Virus record (IMG/VR): IMGVR_UViG_3300036715_003254
Span: 1-64,000 of that record
Length of the DNA stretch: 64,000 nt
Origin: a virus
Strand: one strand, 5' to 3'
Under the pieces are notes generated by a model, which saw only the letters and a program-made list of their open reading frames with translations, did no database searches and had not been told where the DNA came from. Of this stretch, positions 36,299 to 46,347 are shown one piece after another; position 1 is the stretch's first letter; each line of letters starts with the position of its first letter. A program made the translations under genes and the position numbers.

Positions 36299-36729
36299 CA
36301 GATATGAAAGAGTATCAAAAATTTAATAATGATAATCTTTATTAAAAATGCTTTGAACTTTGATTAATACCACAGAAACTTAAACCTATAAAATGTTATC
36401 TATATCTTAGTAAACCTCTCCTAAACCATCATTATATGATTCAAACTTTTTAGTTGTATATAAAACATCATTTAATAAAAATATTTTTTAGTGTAGTATT
36501 ATATTAAAGTAGAAAAATAAATTTTTTAGCGATTATTATATAAAAGTAAAAAATAAAATTTTTTTAGATAAGAAAATGCTATATGCTATATTCTAAGGAC
36601 GGCTATAGAAACACAAACTCTTTTTAAACTAATAAATTATATTAAAGTAGAGATAATACTTGAAAGGAATAGTAGGAGTAAAGAAGAAAGAAGAGATATA
36701 CTGAAGTTGTATATCTCTCTAAATAGTTA

Positions 36730-37959
36730 TCAAATCATTTCTTTATGTTTTCTTTTCTTAACTTTTTCTAAAATAGAAATACCTTCTTCTTTTAAATAAG
36801 AATGTTTTGTTTCTTTCTTCTTAGCCTTTTTCTCTTGAAGAAGTTTTATTATAGAACCAAGATCAGAAGGTAAAACTGTCTCGCTCTTAAAATACTTATC
36901 AAAATCTTCATCTAAATCGTAGGTATTCCAAACATTCTTAGCTTCGGAATTAGTTAGTGGTCTCAATTTTATAATATCAAACATTCTTCCTTTTCTTAGA
37001 AGAGCAACATCTAGATCTTCCGTAGAAAGATTTGATGTTATCAAAAACTTTGTCTTTTTAGTTTTTGTAAATAGACCATCAGTAGTGGTAAGAAAATTAG
37101 AAATGAATTTATTTTTTTGATCGTCTATATTTGAATTCACTTCGGCTGTTCTATGAGTCAAGTAATAATCTATATCATCTAAAATAACAAGATCTGGAAT
37201 TTCTTCACTTATTTCATTCCAAAACTCATCGTTTGAAAGAAGATTTTCATTTTTCAAATAGAAAGCTAAAATTTCTCCAGAAGTTTCTGAATTATCATCT
37301 TTCTTTACTAAATCTATATTTTCAAGAAGAAACCTTTGGTAAACATTCAACATTTTAGATTTTCCTAACCCTGGATCGCCTATTACTATCAAAATGTTCT
37401 CGTTTGAAAGAAGAAATTGTTTAAACATTTCATCTACATCAATATACGGATAATATTCCTTTTTAAATTCTTTCATTTCTTCTAGTCTATAGTATATGTT
37501 GCTACTTCTTCCTAAAAGACCATCAGATCTTTGATAGAATCTTCTTATCTGAATTTTTGTTTGTGATACTTCAACATCAAACTCAGCAAATACTTTATTT
37601 ACAAATTCTGTTTCTTTAATGTTTTTTACATAAATATCATATTCGTTAAACTCTTCATCAGTTTCTTTTCTGTCGTAAAGTAGATGAAAGAATAATATAA
37701 GTTCTCCATCTTCATTATAACCTTTATATTGAAACAAAGTATAATTTACACTAATCGGTCTTTCAATGACTTCAATACGCATTTTCTCTTTAAGAATTTC
37801 TACCGCTTCAAAAGCATTTTTTTGTCTAAGAATATAAGTGAAAGCAGTAAAAGAACTATCAATCTGAGAAAGTAAATTTTCTCTAGAAATAAATTCCGGA
37901 AGAGAAAAAGCAAGATCCGATGTAGTAGAATGTAATACTTGTTTATTTGTAAGTTCCAT
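36730..37959 (-). CDS. AAA+ ATPase
   Basis: GDPGLGKS, ILDDID, ITSN, DVALLRKGRMFD. Confidence 0.88.
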   Translation of the reverse strand: MELTNKQVLHSTTSDLAFSLPEFISRENLLSQIDSSFTAFTYILRQKNAFEAVEILKEKMRIEVIERPISVNYTLFQYKGYNEDGELILFFHLLYDRKETDEEFNEYDIYVKNIKETEFVNKVFAEFDVEVSQTKIQIRRFYQRSDGLLGRSSNIYYRLEEMKEFKKEYYPYIDVDEMFKQFLLSNENILIVIGDPGLGKSKMLNVYQRFLLENIDLVKKDDNSETSGEILAFYLKNENLLSNDEFWNEISEEIPDLVILDDIDYYLTHRTAEVNSNIDDQKNKFISNFLTTTDGLFTKTKKTKFLITSNLSTEDLDVALLRKGRMFDIIKLRPLTNSEAKNVWNTYDLDEDFDKYFKSETVLPSDLGSIIKLLQEKKAKKKETKHSYLKEEGISILEKVKKRKHKEMI

Positions 37960-37961
37960 TT

Positions 37962-38927
37962 TTAACCTTTATATTCAATTTGTTGTGAAAGACATAGTTC
38001 AGCGCAATACGCAGCTAGAGTAATATACTTGTCTCTTGACCTTTGACTCATATCTAGATATTTCGCTGTAGTCATTATAACAACAGGAATACTTTTCTCT
38101 GAAACAATTTTGTCTATTTTGCTATAAACCATAGTATAGAGATGCTCTGGATCAGATAATTCATTTAACAGAGGTCTCGCTTTTGAAAAATCTTTTTTCT
38201 TTAATGCTACAATAATCTCGTCAACAACTAAATTTTCATTCAAAATTCTCTCGGAAATTTCTAGTTTTCCGCTAGTAGAATTTTGTTGTAAAATCATTAT
38301 CATCTTTCTTACTGAAGGATAATAGGTTAGAATAACTTTTTGAAGTTGTTCTTTTTCGTATTCAATACCTTCATTTTCAAGAATGAATGTTAGTCTTTTA
38401 AATATTTGAGCACCTAGTTCTTTCTTATTTTTATGGAACATTTCATCAAAATCGAAAGTTACAAGTCTGTTTCTTAAAGGCTCTATTAACTTATCAGGAT
38501 AGTTTGCTGTAAATATAAATCTTGTGTTTTTGGAGAACTCTTCAATTATACCTCTAAGAGCTTGTTGTGCTCCTCCAGCACTAGAAGAAAGACCATCAGA
38601 TTCGTCCATAATAACAATTTTTGGAGCATCAGTAAAAGACGCATTAGTAGCAAAATTTGTTATTTTATTTCTTGCTGTATCTATATTACCGTCTCTAGAA
38701 CAATTTATCCAAAGACTATCAGCTTCAAGATCCTTAAGAATAGCTGTAGCTATTGAAGACTTTCCTAATCCTGGAGTTGACGAACAAAGAAGAAGATTTG
38801 GAATTTGGCTTTGTTCTTTAAACTCTTGAAATTTAGCCATAACATCAGAAGGGAGTATCATATCAACTAGACTTTGTGGTCGATATTTTTCAGCCCAAAT
38901 AAAATGTCTGTTGTCAATTTTTTTCAT
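37962..38927 (-). CDS. gp44: clamp-loader large subunit (gp44/RFC-like)
   Basis: WAEKYRP, PGLGKS, DESD, QQALRG-x-IEEFS, FIFTANY. Confidence 0.95.
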   Translation of the reverse strand: MKKIDNRHFIWAEKYRPQSLVDMILPSDVMAKFQEFKEQSQIPNLLLCSSTPGLGKSSIATAILKDLEADSLWINCSRDGNIDTARNKITNFATNASFTDAPKIVIMDESDGLSSSAGGAQQALRGIIEEFSKNTRFIFTANYPDKLIEPLRNRLVTFDFDEMFHKNKKELGAQIFKRLTFILENEGIEYEKEQLQKVILTYYPSVRKMIMILQQNSTSGKLEISERILNENLVVDEIIVALKKKDFSKARPLLNELSDPEHLYTMVYSKIDKIVSEKSIPVVIMTTAKYLDMSQRSRDKYITLAAYCAELCLSQQIEYKG

Positions 38928-38953
38928 CGATATCCTTTTTCTTTAGAGTATTA

Positions 38954-39457
38954 TTATATCTGAATTAAGTTTAACAATTTCTCTCTATCAATATAGAGGC
39001 TCAAAAATCGTAATCTTTCTTTTTCAAATTTCAAAATTCTACTTGAGTCATCAATTTCTTCAAAGGAAAATAATGGCATTAATAATGAAATCTTATTAGA
39101 AAGATATTCTTTCATTATGTCTTTAACATCGAATTCCTTACCATATTTCTCTTCCATATAGTTTTGGTCTTTTGAAAAGTAAAAATTTGGTTTTGAGAAG
39201 TAATCTTTAAATCTTTTATATTTGCTTAGGTCTTTTTCAAATTCTTTAAACAAGTTTTTCTTATTGTAGAATGCGCAACAAATCGCCGCTAGCTTAAAGT
39301 TTTTTTCAGTCCAGCTCTCATAAAAATTCACATTTACTACATTTCTAAAAAGAATTTTCTTCTTATCAGATACAGATACAAATCTAACAAGTCTACCTTC
39401 TTTTCTAGTAAGTTCTACTGACCAATAGATTTGATACTGTTTTGATTCAGGTAACAT
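38954..39457 (-). CDS. hypothetical protein, possibly gp59-like helicase loader
   Basis: Adjacent to gp33 as in T4; sequence support is weak. Confidence 0.4.
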   Translation of the reverse strand: MLPESKQYQIYWSVELTRKEGRLVRFVSVSDKKKILFRNVVNVNFYESWTEKNFKLAAICCAFYNKKNLFKEFEKDLSKYKRFKDYFSKPNFYFSKDQNYMEEKYGKEFDVKDIMKEYLSNKISLLMPLFSFEEIDDSSRILKFEKERLRFLSLYIDREKLLNLIQI

Positions 39458-39458
39458 A

Positions 39459-39743
39459 TTAGAAGTCCTCTAGACTTTCTTCTTCTTTTATTGAATACTT
39501 TTTCACATTATGAAGTTTTTCTTCAATCATTTCTTTTTCTAGAATAGCCGTAATACCTCTATCTTTTGAAAGCATTACACCTATTTCTTCCTCGTCAAGT
39601 TCATTTTCGTCACAGTAAAGAAGAATAAGTTCTAAAAGTTTTGTATCTTTTAAACTTAGTCCTTTAGTGTTAGCGAAATTTTTTACTTCTTCTATAAATT
39701 CTTTTGTATCATTTTTCATCTTTTCCGTTGTCTCCATTTTCAC
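39459..39743 (-). CDS. gp33: late-transcription coactivator (gp33-like)
   Basis: F..EV....LELILLYCDENELDEEEI..ML pattern; near gp55. Confidence 0.6.
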   Translation of the reverse strand: MKMETTEKMKNDTKEFIEEVKNFANTKGLSLKDTKLLELILLYCDENELDEEEIGVMLSKDRGITAILEKEMIEEKLHNVKKYSIKEEESLEDF

Positions 39744-41475
39744 TTATAATGATTTTACTGAAATGTTTACTTTTATCAATAGATATTATCCTATCAAATT
39801 CTGAGTTATCACTAACAATATCTGTATTGTGAGAAATTATAATAACATCTTTCTCGTTAGTGTATTCTCTTTTCAAAATCTCAAGAAGTTCCATTCTACC
39901 ATTATAATCAGCAGAAGAGTCAAGAACTTCATCTAGAACTAGAAGATTGGTTTTAAAGCCATTTCTTAGCTCAATCATTTTGTGGAATGCGAAAAGAATA
40001 CTAAAGTTTATTCTCATTTTTTCGCCATTACTCATTGAATTATATTCTTTTTCCTCGCCTCTAAGAATTATTCTTTCAGTGAAGTCCTTGTCAATGAATA
40101 TGTTATAAGAAATTCCGGAAAATTTCTCAAGATACTCATTAATCAACTTGTTGAAAAGTGGAAGTTGCATAGAAATTACAACTCCTTTTAGCCTATCAGA
40201 ATCAAGAAGGCTTTCAAGTCTTTGATATTTTTCTAATTTAGTTCTATCTTTAGATAATTTAGTTAAGATGGTTTTGATTTGCTCTTTCTTTTCAGAGATA
40301 GAATTCTTTAAAGACTCTTCTGATTTTGAAACCTTCGGAGAGCTATCAAGCATTGTGTTAATTTTAATTTCTATTTTCGTTTTTTCACTTAAATGGATGT
40401 CAAGCTTCGCTTTCAAGGCTTTAGCATCGTCTAATCTTTCTTTTAAAGAGTTAAGCTTCTTGTTTAATTCAACAAGCTTTGATTTTTGAATTTTTATTTC
40501 TTCGTCATTAATTTGAAGATTTTCTCTATGATGATTTAACTCCTCTTCAGAATAGGCTACTCCTAACAACTCAAGCTTTTTACAACCTATACAATGTGAG
40601 TATGTTTTTTCTGTTATTTCGAGTTTTTGAATTTCTTTTTCTATTTCTTTTCTTTTTATAGAGAGAGCGCTTAAATTATTTTCGATAGTTTCCTTTATTT
40701 TAAGTGCTTTCTCGTAACCATCTTTCAATGGTTTAAATTTTGAAAGCTCTAACTTCATCTCTTCAATGATTTTGTTTTTATTATCAAGCTCTTCTTTGAG
40801 TAGTGCTTTCTCGCCCTCTTTCTTAAGCTCGTTTTCTTCTATAAGTTGGTTAAGAATAATTTGTTCTGACTCTAGAGTTTTCTCAAGAGTTTCTTGTTGA
40901 TAGGTATATTCTCTGATTAGAGTTTTTTGATTACCTAGTTTTTCTTTTAATCTTATTTTTAGGTCTTTAAATATTTCGGTGTCAGCAATAATTTGAAAGA
41001 CATCTTCTTTTTCTTGTTTATTAAGATCTAGAAACGCTTTAGAAGAAGAAATATTAGCACCTAGAACAATAAGTTGTCTAAAAATATTTTCAGAAACTCC
41101 GCCCATAAGAGTCTGAGTAAGAAATTCTTGCTGATTTTTATTATGAGATAGTTGGTCTAATAATTCGCCATTCTCGTAAATCTCAAAAACTTGAGGTTTC
41201 AGACCTCTTCTTATCTGATACTCTTTCCCATTATAATCAAAAAACAACTCAACAAGCAATTCCTTCTCGTTGATATTGTTTATCAAAGATTGTAACTTAA
41301 TCTTTCTATAAGGTTTGCCAAAAACAGCGAAATAAAGAGCCTCTATACCTATCGAAGACTTCCCTGAGCCGTTATGTGAAACTACCAAATCAAGTCCGTT
41401 TTTGTACTTGAATTCGGTAAAAGAATTTCCGAAACTTAAAAAGTTCTTAACTCTAATCTTTTTGAATTTAATCAT
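39709..41475 (-). CDS. gp46: recombination ATPase (gp46, Rad50/SbcC-like)
   Basis: KNFLSFGN, NGSGKS, coiled coil with CxxC hook, SNGEK, LDEVLDSS. Confidence 0.95.
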   Translation of the reverse strand: MIKFKKIRVKNFLSFGNSFTEFKYKNGLDLVVSHNGSGKSSIGIEALYFAVFGKPYRKIKLQSLINNINEKELLVELFFDYNGKEYQIRRGLKPQVFEIYENGELLDQLSHNKNQQEFLTQTLMGGVSENIFRQLIVLGANISSSKAFLDLNKQEKEDVFQIIADTEIFKDLKIRLKEKLGNQKTLIREYTYQQETLEKTLESEQIILNQLIEENELKKEGEKALLKEELDNKNKIIEEMKLELSKFKPLKDGYEKALKIKETIENNLSALSIKRKEIEKEIQKLEITEKTYSHCIGCKKLELLGVAYSEEELNHHRENLQINDEEIKIQKSKLVELNKKLNSLKERLDDAKALKAKLDIHLSEKTKIEIKINTMLDSSPKVSKSEESLKNSISEKKEQIKTILTKLSKDRTKLEKYQRLESLLDSDRLKGVVISMQLPLFNKLINEYLEKFSGISYNIFIDKDFTERIILRGEEKEYNSMSNGEKMRINFSILFAFHKMIELRNGFKTNLLVLDEVLDSSADYNGRMELLEILKREYTNEKDVIIISHNTDIVSDNSEFDRIISIDKSKHFSKIIISENGDNGKDEK

Positions 41476-42575
41476 TTACTTTCCAGTATCGCTAGGAATT
41501 CTTCTTTCAAATCTGTATTTTCAGTTTCAAAATATGATATCAAAAGCTCTATTGTTGACTTGTTTTGTATCATTTTACTTGTAGTTTCAGACATCTTTAT
41601 TGATAATTCAGAAACTTCAACATTATTAACAAAGTCGAATTTAACATCATTAGATTTTAATAAAAAGAGCGCTTCGTCATATAGATGGTCTTTTGAATCG
41701 TTTATAATAAATTTTATCGTATTTTGTTTTAACAATTCAATTTTTTCTTTTATTTCAGACAAATCCATCTCAAATACTTTTCCTGGAATTAAACCTTCTA
41801 TTTTATACGGCTTTTCATCAGATTCGTGATAGAGAATTTTGATAAATCTTTTCGAAAAGGTATTTGGGAAAAATTCTAGTTCTTCTGTTTCAAAGTTTAA
41901 AACATAGAAGCCTCTTTCTGTGTCAAAATCACCCCAATTTATTTGGTATGGTGTGCCTACATAATAGATATACCCATCAGAGTTCTTTAAATGGTAGTGT
42001 CCTGAAAATACTATTTTAGCGTTCGGATAAATCTTTTTTAAAAAGTTTTTATCTATTTTACTATGCTCGTCTACGACATTCTTCAAAATTTCGAAATTCT
42101 TAATTTCAAAGTGTCCTATAACATAGTCAGAATTCATTTCTTGAAGCGTTTCATCAGGTAATATCCAAGGAATAAATGCTACAGTCTTTCCAAAGAAGTT
42201 TATTTCGGTCGGCTCGGATATAACTTTAAAATTTTCTGTTTCAAAAAGAGATGTAGAATTAACGCTTCTTTTGTTCTTAAAATATATGTCGTGGTTACCT
42301 AGAACTTCCCATCCGATTATATTATATTTTGGTAAGAGAGCTATAATCTCGTTTTTCGCTCTATATAGAAAATTGATGTCTATTGTTCTTCTATTATCGA
42401 AGAAATCTCCACAAAAGAAAATATTTTCTATTTTCTCATTATGAGCGAATTTCAAAAGGTTTTCAAAAAAAGCCTTTTGTTCTTCAAAGACTCTCTCGTC
42501 GAAATTCTTCATTCCAAAGTGAAGGTCGCCGACAATTATAGCCTTTTTATTACTCATCATTTGCCCATTCATCAA
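41472..42575 (-). CDS. gp47: recombination nuclease (gp47, Mre11/SbcD-like)
   Basis: GDLHFG, GDFFD, GNHD, GHFE, SGHYH. Confidence 0.95.
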   Translation of the reverse strand: MMNGQMMSNKKAIIVGDLHFGMKNFDERVFEEQKAFFENLLKFAHNEKIENIFFCGDFFDNRRTIDINFLYRAKNEIIALLPKYNIIGWEVLGNHDIYFKNKRSVNSTSLFETENFKVISEPTEINFFGKTVAFIPWILPDETLQEMNSDYVIGHFEIKNFEILKNVVDEHSKIDKNFLKKIYPNAKIVFSGHYHLKNSDGYIYYVGTPYQINWGDFDTERGFYVLNFETEELEFFPNTFSKRFIKILYHESDEKPYKIEGLIPGKVFEMDLSEIKEKIELLKQNTIKFIINDSKDHLYDEALFLLKSNDVKFDFVNNVEVSELSIKMSETTSKMIQNKSTIELLISYFETENTDLKEEFLAILESK

Positions 42576-43284
42576 TAGATTCTATTCCTAGCTCTTTTAA
42601 AATCTCATCGTCACTCATTTTGATGATATCTTTTACATTTTTTTTCTTATTCGGATTTTTATAGAAGTCAAATTTTTCTTTAGAATATTTTTGGAGTACA
42701 AGATTTTCAAATTTATTTTCTCTTTTTAGTTTTTCAAAAAGTTCAAAAGAAACTTCAGCTTCTTCTAGTAGTACTACAAGAGTGTCGTGTTTTATTTCTT
42801 CAGGTTGTTTAATATCGTTTCCATTCTTAGAAACAACGACATAATATGTTGGAACAATCTCTTCCTCTTCTTCATAACTTTTTCTTAGAAGCTTTTTTCC
42901 ATATTCTTTGATTACTTCATCAAGCTGTGATATCTCTATGCTTCTTTCCATTATTTTTTCATTTCGTCTTTTCTGATTTATTACTTCAACAAATGATTTA
43001 AAGCAAATCTCAGTAAGATATGCAAAGGCTTTTACTGGTTTATTAGTTCTTTTACTAATCTTAGATTCGTCAAAATTTCTATAATAAAGAAGGCATCTCA
43101 TAACAGCATTTGAAATCATATCGGCTTTCCATAGGTCAGAATAATTGGAGAAACTAGGCATCCTCGTCATATTGTTTGCTATTGAAATAAACATTTCACC
43201 TAGAGCTTCCTTTGAATGTTTTGGATCTTCCTTACATTTTCGAAGTTCTAAAAGTAGATCTTCTTCTTTTAAATAAACCGCCAT
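42550..43284 (-). CDS. gp55: late sigma factor (gp55-like)
   Basis: LGEMF..IA....PSFSNYS.....DMIS.A...CL.Y..NFD...AFAYLT.IC..SF. Confidence 0.9.
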   Translation of the reverse strand: MAVYLKEEDLLLELRKCKEDPKHSKEALGEMFISIANNMTRMPSFSNYSDLWKADMISNAVMRCLLYYRNFDESKISKRTNKPVKAFAYLTEICFKSFVEVINQKRRNEKIMERSIEISQLDEVIKEYGKKLLRKSYEEEEEIVPTYYVVVSKNGNDIKQPEEIKHDTLVVLLEEAEVSFELFEKLKRENKFENLVLQKYSKEKFDFYKNPNKKKNVKDIIKMSDDEILKELGIESIDEWANDE

Positions 43285-43297
43285 TAATTTTAATTCC

Positions 43298-43305
43298 TAT
43301 AAATA
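43298..43305 (+). promoter_or_regulatory. T4-type late promoter TATAAATA
   Basis: Exact consensus upstream of the gp2-like gene. Confidence 0.65.
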
Positions 43306-43344
43306 ATATATTGATATTATTTTACCTTAAAGAAGTTTAAAATT

Positions 43345-43869
43345 ATGAAAAAAACTAAGGACCAATTATCGGCTGAAGCATCATTAAGAATGGTAAGAAG
43401 TCTTATTATGAAAGAGACAAGACCTCTGGATAATAAGAATCTTGCTCCAGGAAACCTTGTTTTCTTTACATACGATGCTAAAGATAAAACTAATAGATGG
43501 GATAGAACTCCAATGGTATTCTGTCTCAGGCTGTCATCAAACTATCTTTTGGGATTAAATTTCCATTATCTACCTGTAAGAAGAAGAAAAATTTTATATC
43601 AATATCTCTTTTCTCTATACGGAAAAGAAATAGAAAAACAACAAAGGATTGTTTTTAGCTGGAGTCAAATAAGAAAATTCGTTTTAAAGCTAGGAAAACC
43701 TGTTTTAAGACTTTATATAAGAAAAAGAATAAGTAAAAGAGGTGTTAAAATCCCTTTCAATCTTCATCAACAAGCAATAGAACTAAGAGTAGAGACTTTC
43801 ATAAAAGGAGCGCCTAAAGGAGAAGTCTTATTCGCAAGAGCATCAAAGGCTATGAAAAAGAGAGGTTAA
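43345..43869 (+). CDS. gp2: DNA end protector protein (gp2-like)
   Basis: PG-x-LVFFTYDAK, WDRTP, GLNFHYLP. Confidence 0.85.
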   Translation: MKKTKDQLSAEASLRMVRSLIMKETRPLDNKNLAPGNLVFFTYDAKDKTNRWDRTPMVFCLRLSSNYLLGLNFHYLPVRRRKILYQYLFSLYGKEIEKQQRIVFSWSQIRKFVLKLGKPVLRLYIRKRISKRGVKIPFNLHQQAIELRVETFIKGAPKGEVLFARASKAMKKRG

Positions 43870-43871
43870 GA

Positions 43872-44057
43872 TTAACCTCTCGGTAAGTCCTTTTCTCTAC
43901 AATGAACTGTTCTAGAGGTTCTTCTTCCGCCTCTACCGTTGTTTTCTATGATGACATACATACCAACACCTTTCTCAGTTCTTTTTTTGTGGTTAGAACC
44001 TTCGATTTTTTGACCAACACAGTCTCTTTTACACTCTGAAATTTTTCTTATTTCCAT
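43872..44057 (-). CDS. small basic hypothetical protein
   Basis: AGGAG RBS and promoter -10 at 44085-44090. Confidence 0.55.
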   Translation of the reverse strand: MEIRKISECKRDCVGQKIEGSNHKKRTEKGVGMYVIIENNGRGGRRTSRTVHCREKDLPRG

Positions 44058-44111
44058 ACGAATTCTCCTTTTTTAGAACATAGAATTATAAATAATAAAG
44101 GTTTAAAATAA

Positions 44112-44543
44112 TCACACAGGTAAATCTTTTTCGGTGAGAACTTTAAATGTTATACCATTTTCTTCACAAAATTTTTGAGCTGCTTCCCATTTACATCTAT
44201 TTTGTTCTACAGTGATAGCGTTCTCGACTAGTCTTTTTTTATTTTTTGTAGCTTTGATTTGCATATCTTTTGAAGGTTTTATTTCTATAAGGTATTTTTC
44301 AATTATACCGTTCTTTTCTATCTCAACATAAAAATCGGGAAAATACCTGTGGATTTTGTTGTCTATTGTATATAGATATGGTATAACAATTTCTTCGCTT
44401 GCCCATTTTACTACAGCGTCGGTAAAATCACACCAACACATAAAGAGTTTTTCCCAAGAAGAGCGATAGTAGATTTTAGAGACATCCCCAGCGTATTTCT
44501 GGGGATTTTTTGGTACATAAGTACCTTGACAGAACTTAGACAA
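44112..44543 (-). CDS. gp4: head completion protein (gp4-like, TnsA-endonuclease fold)
   Basis: PKNPQKY, YRSSWE, WASEE, HRYFPDF, EIKP, KWEAA. Confidence 0.93.
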   Translation of the reverse strand: MSKFCQGTYVPKNPQKYAGDVSKIYYRSSWEKLFMCWCDFTDAVVKWASEEIVIPYLYTIDNKIHRYFPDFYVEIEKNGIIEKYLIEIKPSKDMQIKATKNKKRLVENAITVEQNRCKWEAAQKFCEENGITFKVLTEKDLPV

Positions 44544-45681
44544 CTTGTATTAGAACCCAATCGCCGTCTGATAGAGTACCAGGAATGAATGAAATTTCTT
44601 TTGTGTGATTATTAACAGTATATGTTAAACTTCTCAAAATGACACCGTTTCTATAAACGAAAATAGAAGTCAAATCCATATCTGATGGAACAGAAATTAC
44701 ATTATTATCTTCAGAAGCAATATAAGTATGTTCGTGTTTTTTTATTTTGTTTATTGAATTTCTTATTGAAACAAACGAAATAATATCGCCTGACTTGAGA
44801 ACTCCTGGAAGAAAAGATACAAAATTGTTATTTATATTGTATTCGTTTAAATTGAGCAAAGCGCCATTTAAAAATACTAAATTAGGGTCATTAGTAAAAG
44901 TAACAAAATTTGATTGTCCATTAGAAGTAAATTCTTCAGTTGTAATTGTAAAATTTGCTCCGTTTGTCGTATTACTTATTATTAAACTCGAAACAACAAT
45001 TCCCGGATCGAGAGTTGAAGTGAATGTTACAGTATTACCATTTATACTATACTCGCTTGAACTAATCATTACGCTGTTTACAAATAATATTTTAGGAGTA
45101 TTTGTGAAAGTAATACTATTCGATTTTCCGTCAGAGATATGTTCTTCGATTCCAACAATAGGAGAATTCGTCTCGTTTATTGTGTTACTTGTTATTATGG
45201 CTGTAACAATATCATCTAAATTGAAATATTTTGAAATTAAAGTTACCGTATTATCATCATTAACTCTATATTCACTTGAATCAAGTAAAAAACCGTTTAG
45301 AAATACTACTCTAGGAAAATTTGTAAAAGCGACACTGTTTGTTACTCCACTGATAATGTGTTCTTCGGTTTCGATCGCTATTTTTGCTCCTGTTAAAACA
45401 TCAAAAGAACTTAATACCCAATTAGAACTATTCGAATCCGGAGCAGAACCTCTTGAAGGTTTTATACACACCCAAAAACGATTATTATAAAATACAGCAT
45501 CAGATTCTTTGTAATATGTTGTTGAATTCCAATCAGGAACATTATCGAGCTTGAAAAACGAAATAAGAGCTTGTAATTCATATTTCAGTCGAAAAAAAGG
45601 TTTATTGAGAAGTTCTTCGGCGAGCAAATCACCGTCTTTCATCATATAATTTTGATAAAATTCTTGTACAGTCGTTATCAT
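44536..45681 (-). CDS. baseplate/tail structural protein with a CBM5/12-like motif and repeated V(F/Y)xNG domains
   Basis: WNSTTYY...FW...P...W, then four VFLNG-like repeats. Confidence 0.65.
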   Translation of the reverse strand: MITTVQEFYQNYMMKDGDLLAEELLNKPFFRLKYELQALISFFKLDNVPDWNSTTYYKESDAVFYNNRFWVCIKPSRGSAPDSNSSNWVLSSFDVLTGAKIAIETEEHIISGVTNSVAFTNFPRVVFLNGFLLDSSEYRVNDDNTVTLISKYFNLDDIVTAIITSNTINETNSPIVGIEEHISDGKSNSITFTNTPKILFVNSVMISSSEYSINGNTVTFTSTLDPGIVVSSLIISNTTNGANFTITTEEFTSNGQSNFVTFTNDPNLVFLNGALLNLNEYNINNNFVSFLPGVLKSGDIISFVSIRNSINKIKKHEHTYIASEDNNVISVPSDMDLTSIFVYRNGVILRSLTYTVNNHTKEISFIPGTLSDGDWVLIQVV

Positions 45682-45697
45682 AGTGTTGTCCTAGTAT

Positions 45698-46318
45698 TTA
45701 GAAATAGATTGTCCAAGTTATTTTGTGTTCAACCGAAGAGTCTTTAGCTTTAACTGGAAATGTCTTCATAGCAAACATATTATATGATGTTCCAGAAGTT
45801 TTAAAAAATAAACCAGCTTCAGTAAATGCCGCAGAATCGTTTGAACCGTTTGCAACATCAGACGGAAGAATAACAACAAATGTTAAAACTGTTCCGGCAG
45901 CATTTACATTTACACTTGGAGAAGCAGATGAATTTTTTTCGCCGTTACCTATTCCAGAAACATTTGTCGCATAACCATTTGCGCCCGGATCTGTAAAATC
46001 AACAGTATAGTAATAGTCATTAAATGATTGAGAAATCAGTTGATTTCTATTTTCATCAAATATTTCTGTTTGTTGTCCTTTTGTAAATTTATCGCCGACA
46101 TTAAGAGGAGTCATAAGATTAGTGCCGTAACCATCTGTACCAATAACAAATCTTGAAATACCAACTGCATTTGTTACTTGTCCTGCTATTACTTTAGCCA
46201 TATAGATTCTAGCATTTACAACAACAAGATTATTGTCTTCATATGTATCAATAATATTTCCATCTTTATCAAGAGACTCAATTTTAAAATAACCTCTTGC
46301 TTTCATTTCTTCTTTCAA
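45698..46318 (-). CDS. baseplate/tail-collar structural protein
   Basis: NLVV, IGT, FTEAGL, KTFPVKAKD, ITWTI. Confidence 0.7.
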   Translation of the reverse strand: MKEEMKARGYFKIESLDKDGNIIDTYEDNNLVVVNARIYMAKVIAGQVTNAVGISRFVIGTDGYGTNLMTPLNVGDKFTKGQQTEIFDENRNQLISQSFNDYYYTVDFTDPGANGYATNVSGIGNGEKNSSASPSVNVNAAGTVLTFVVILPSDVANGSNDSAAFTEAGLFFKTSGTSYNMFAMKTFPVKAKDSSVEHKITWTIYF

Positions 46319-46347
46319 GATTTTTCTCCTTTAACTTTATTCTTTAT

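Noticed and set aside
32760-36729. Invertible tail-fibre cassette
   Set aside because: No flanking inverted recombination sites or invertase gene were found, and the operon has its own late promoter.
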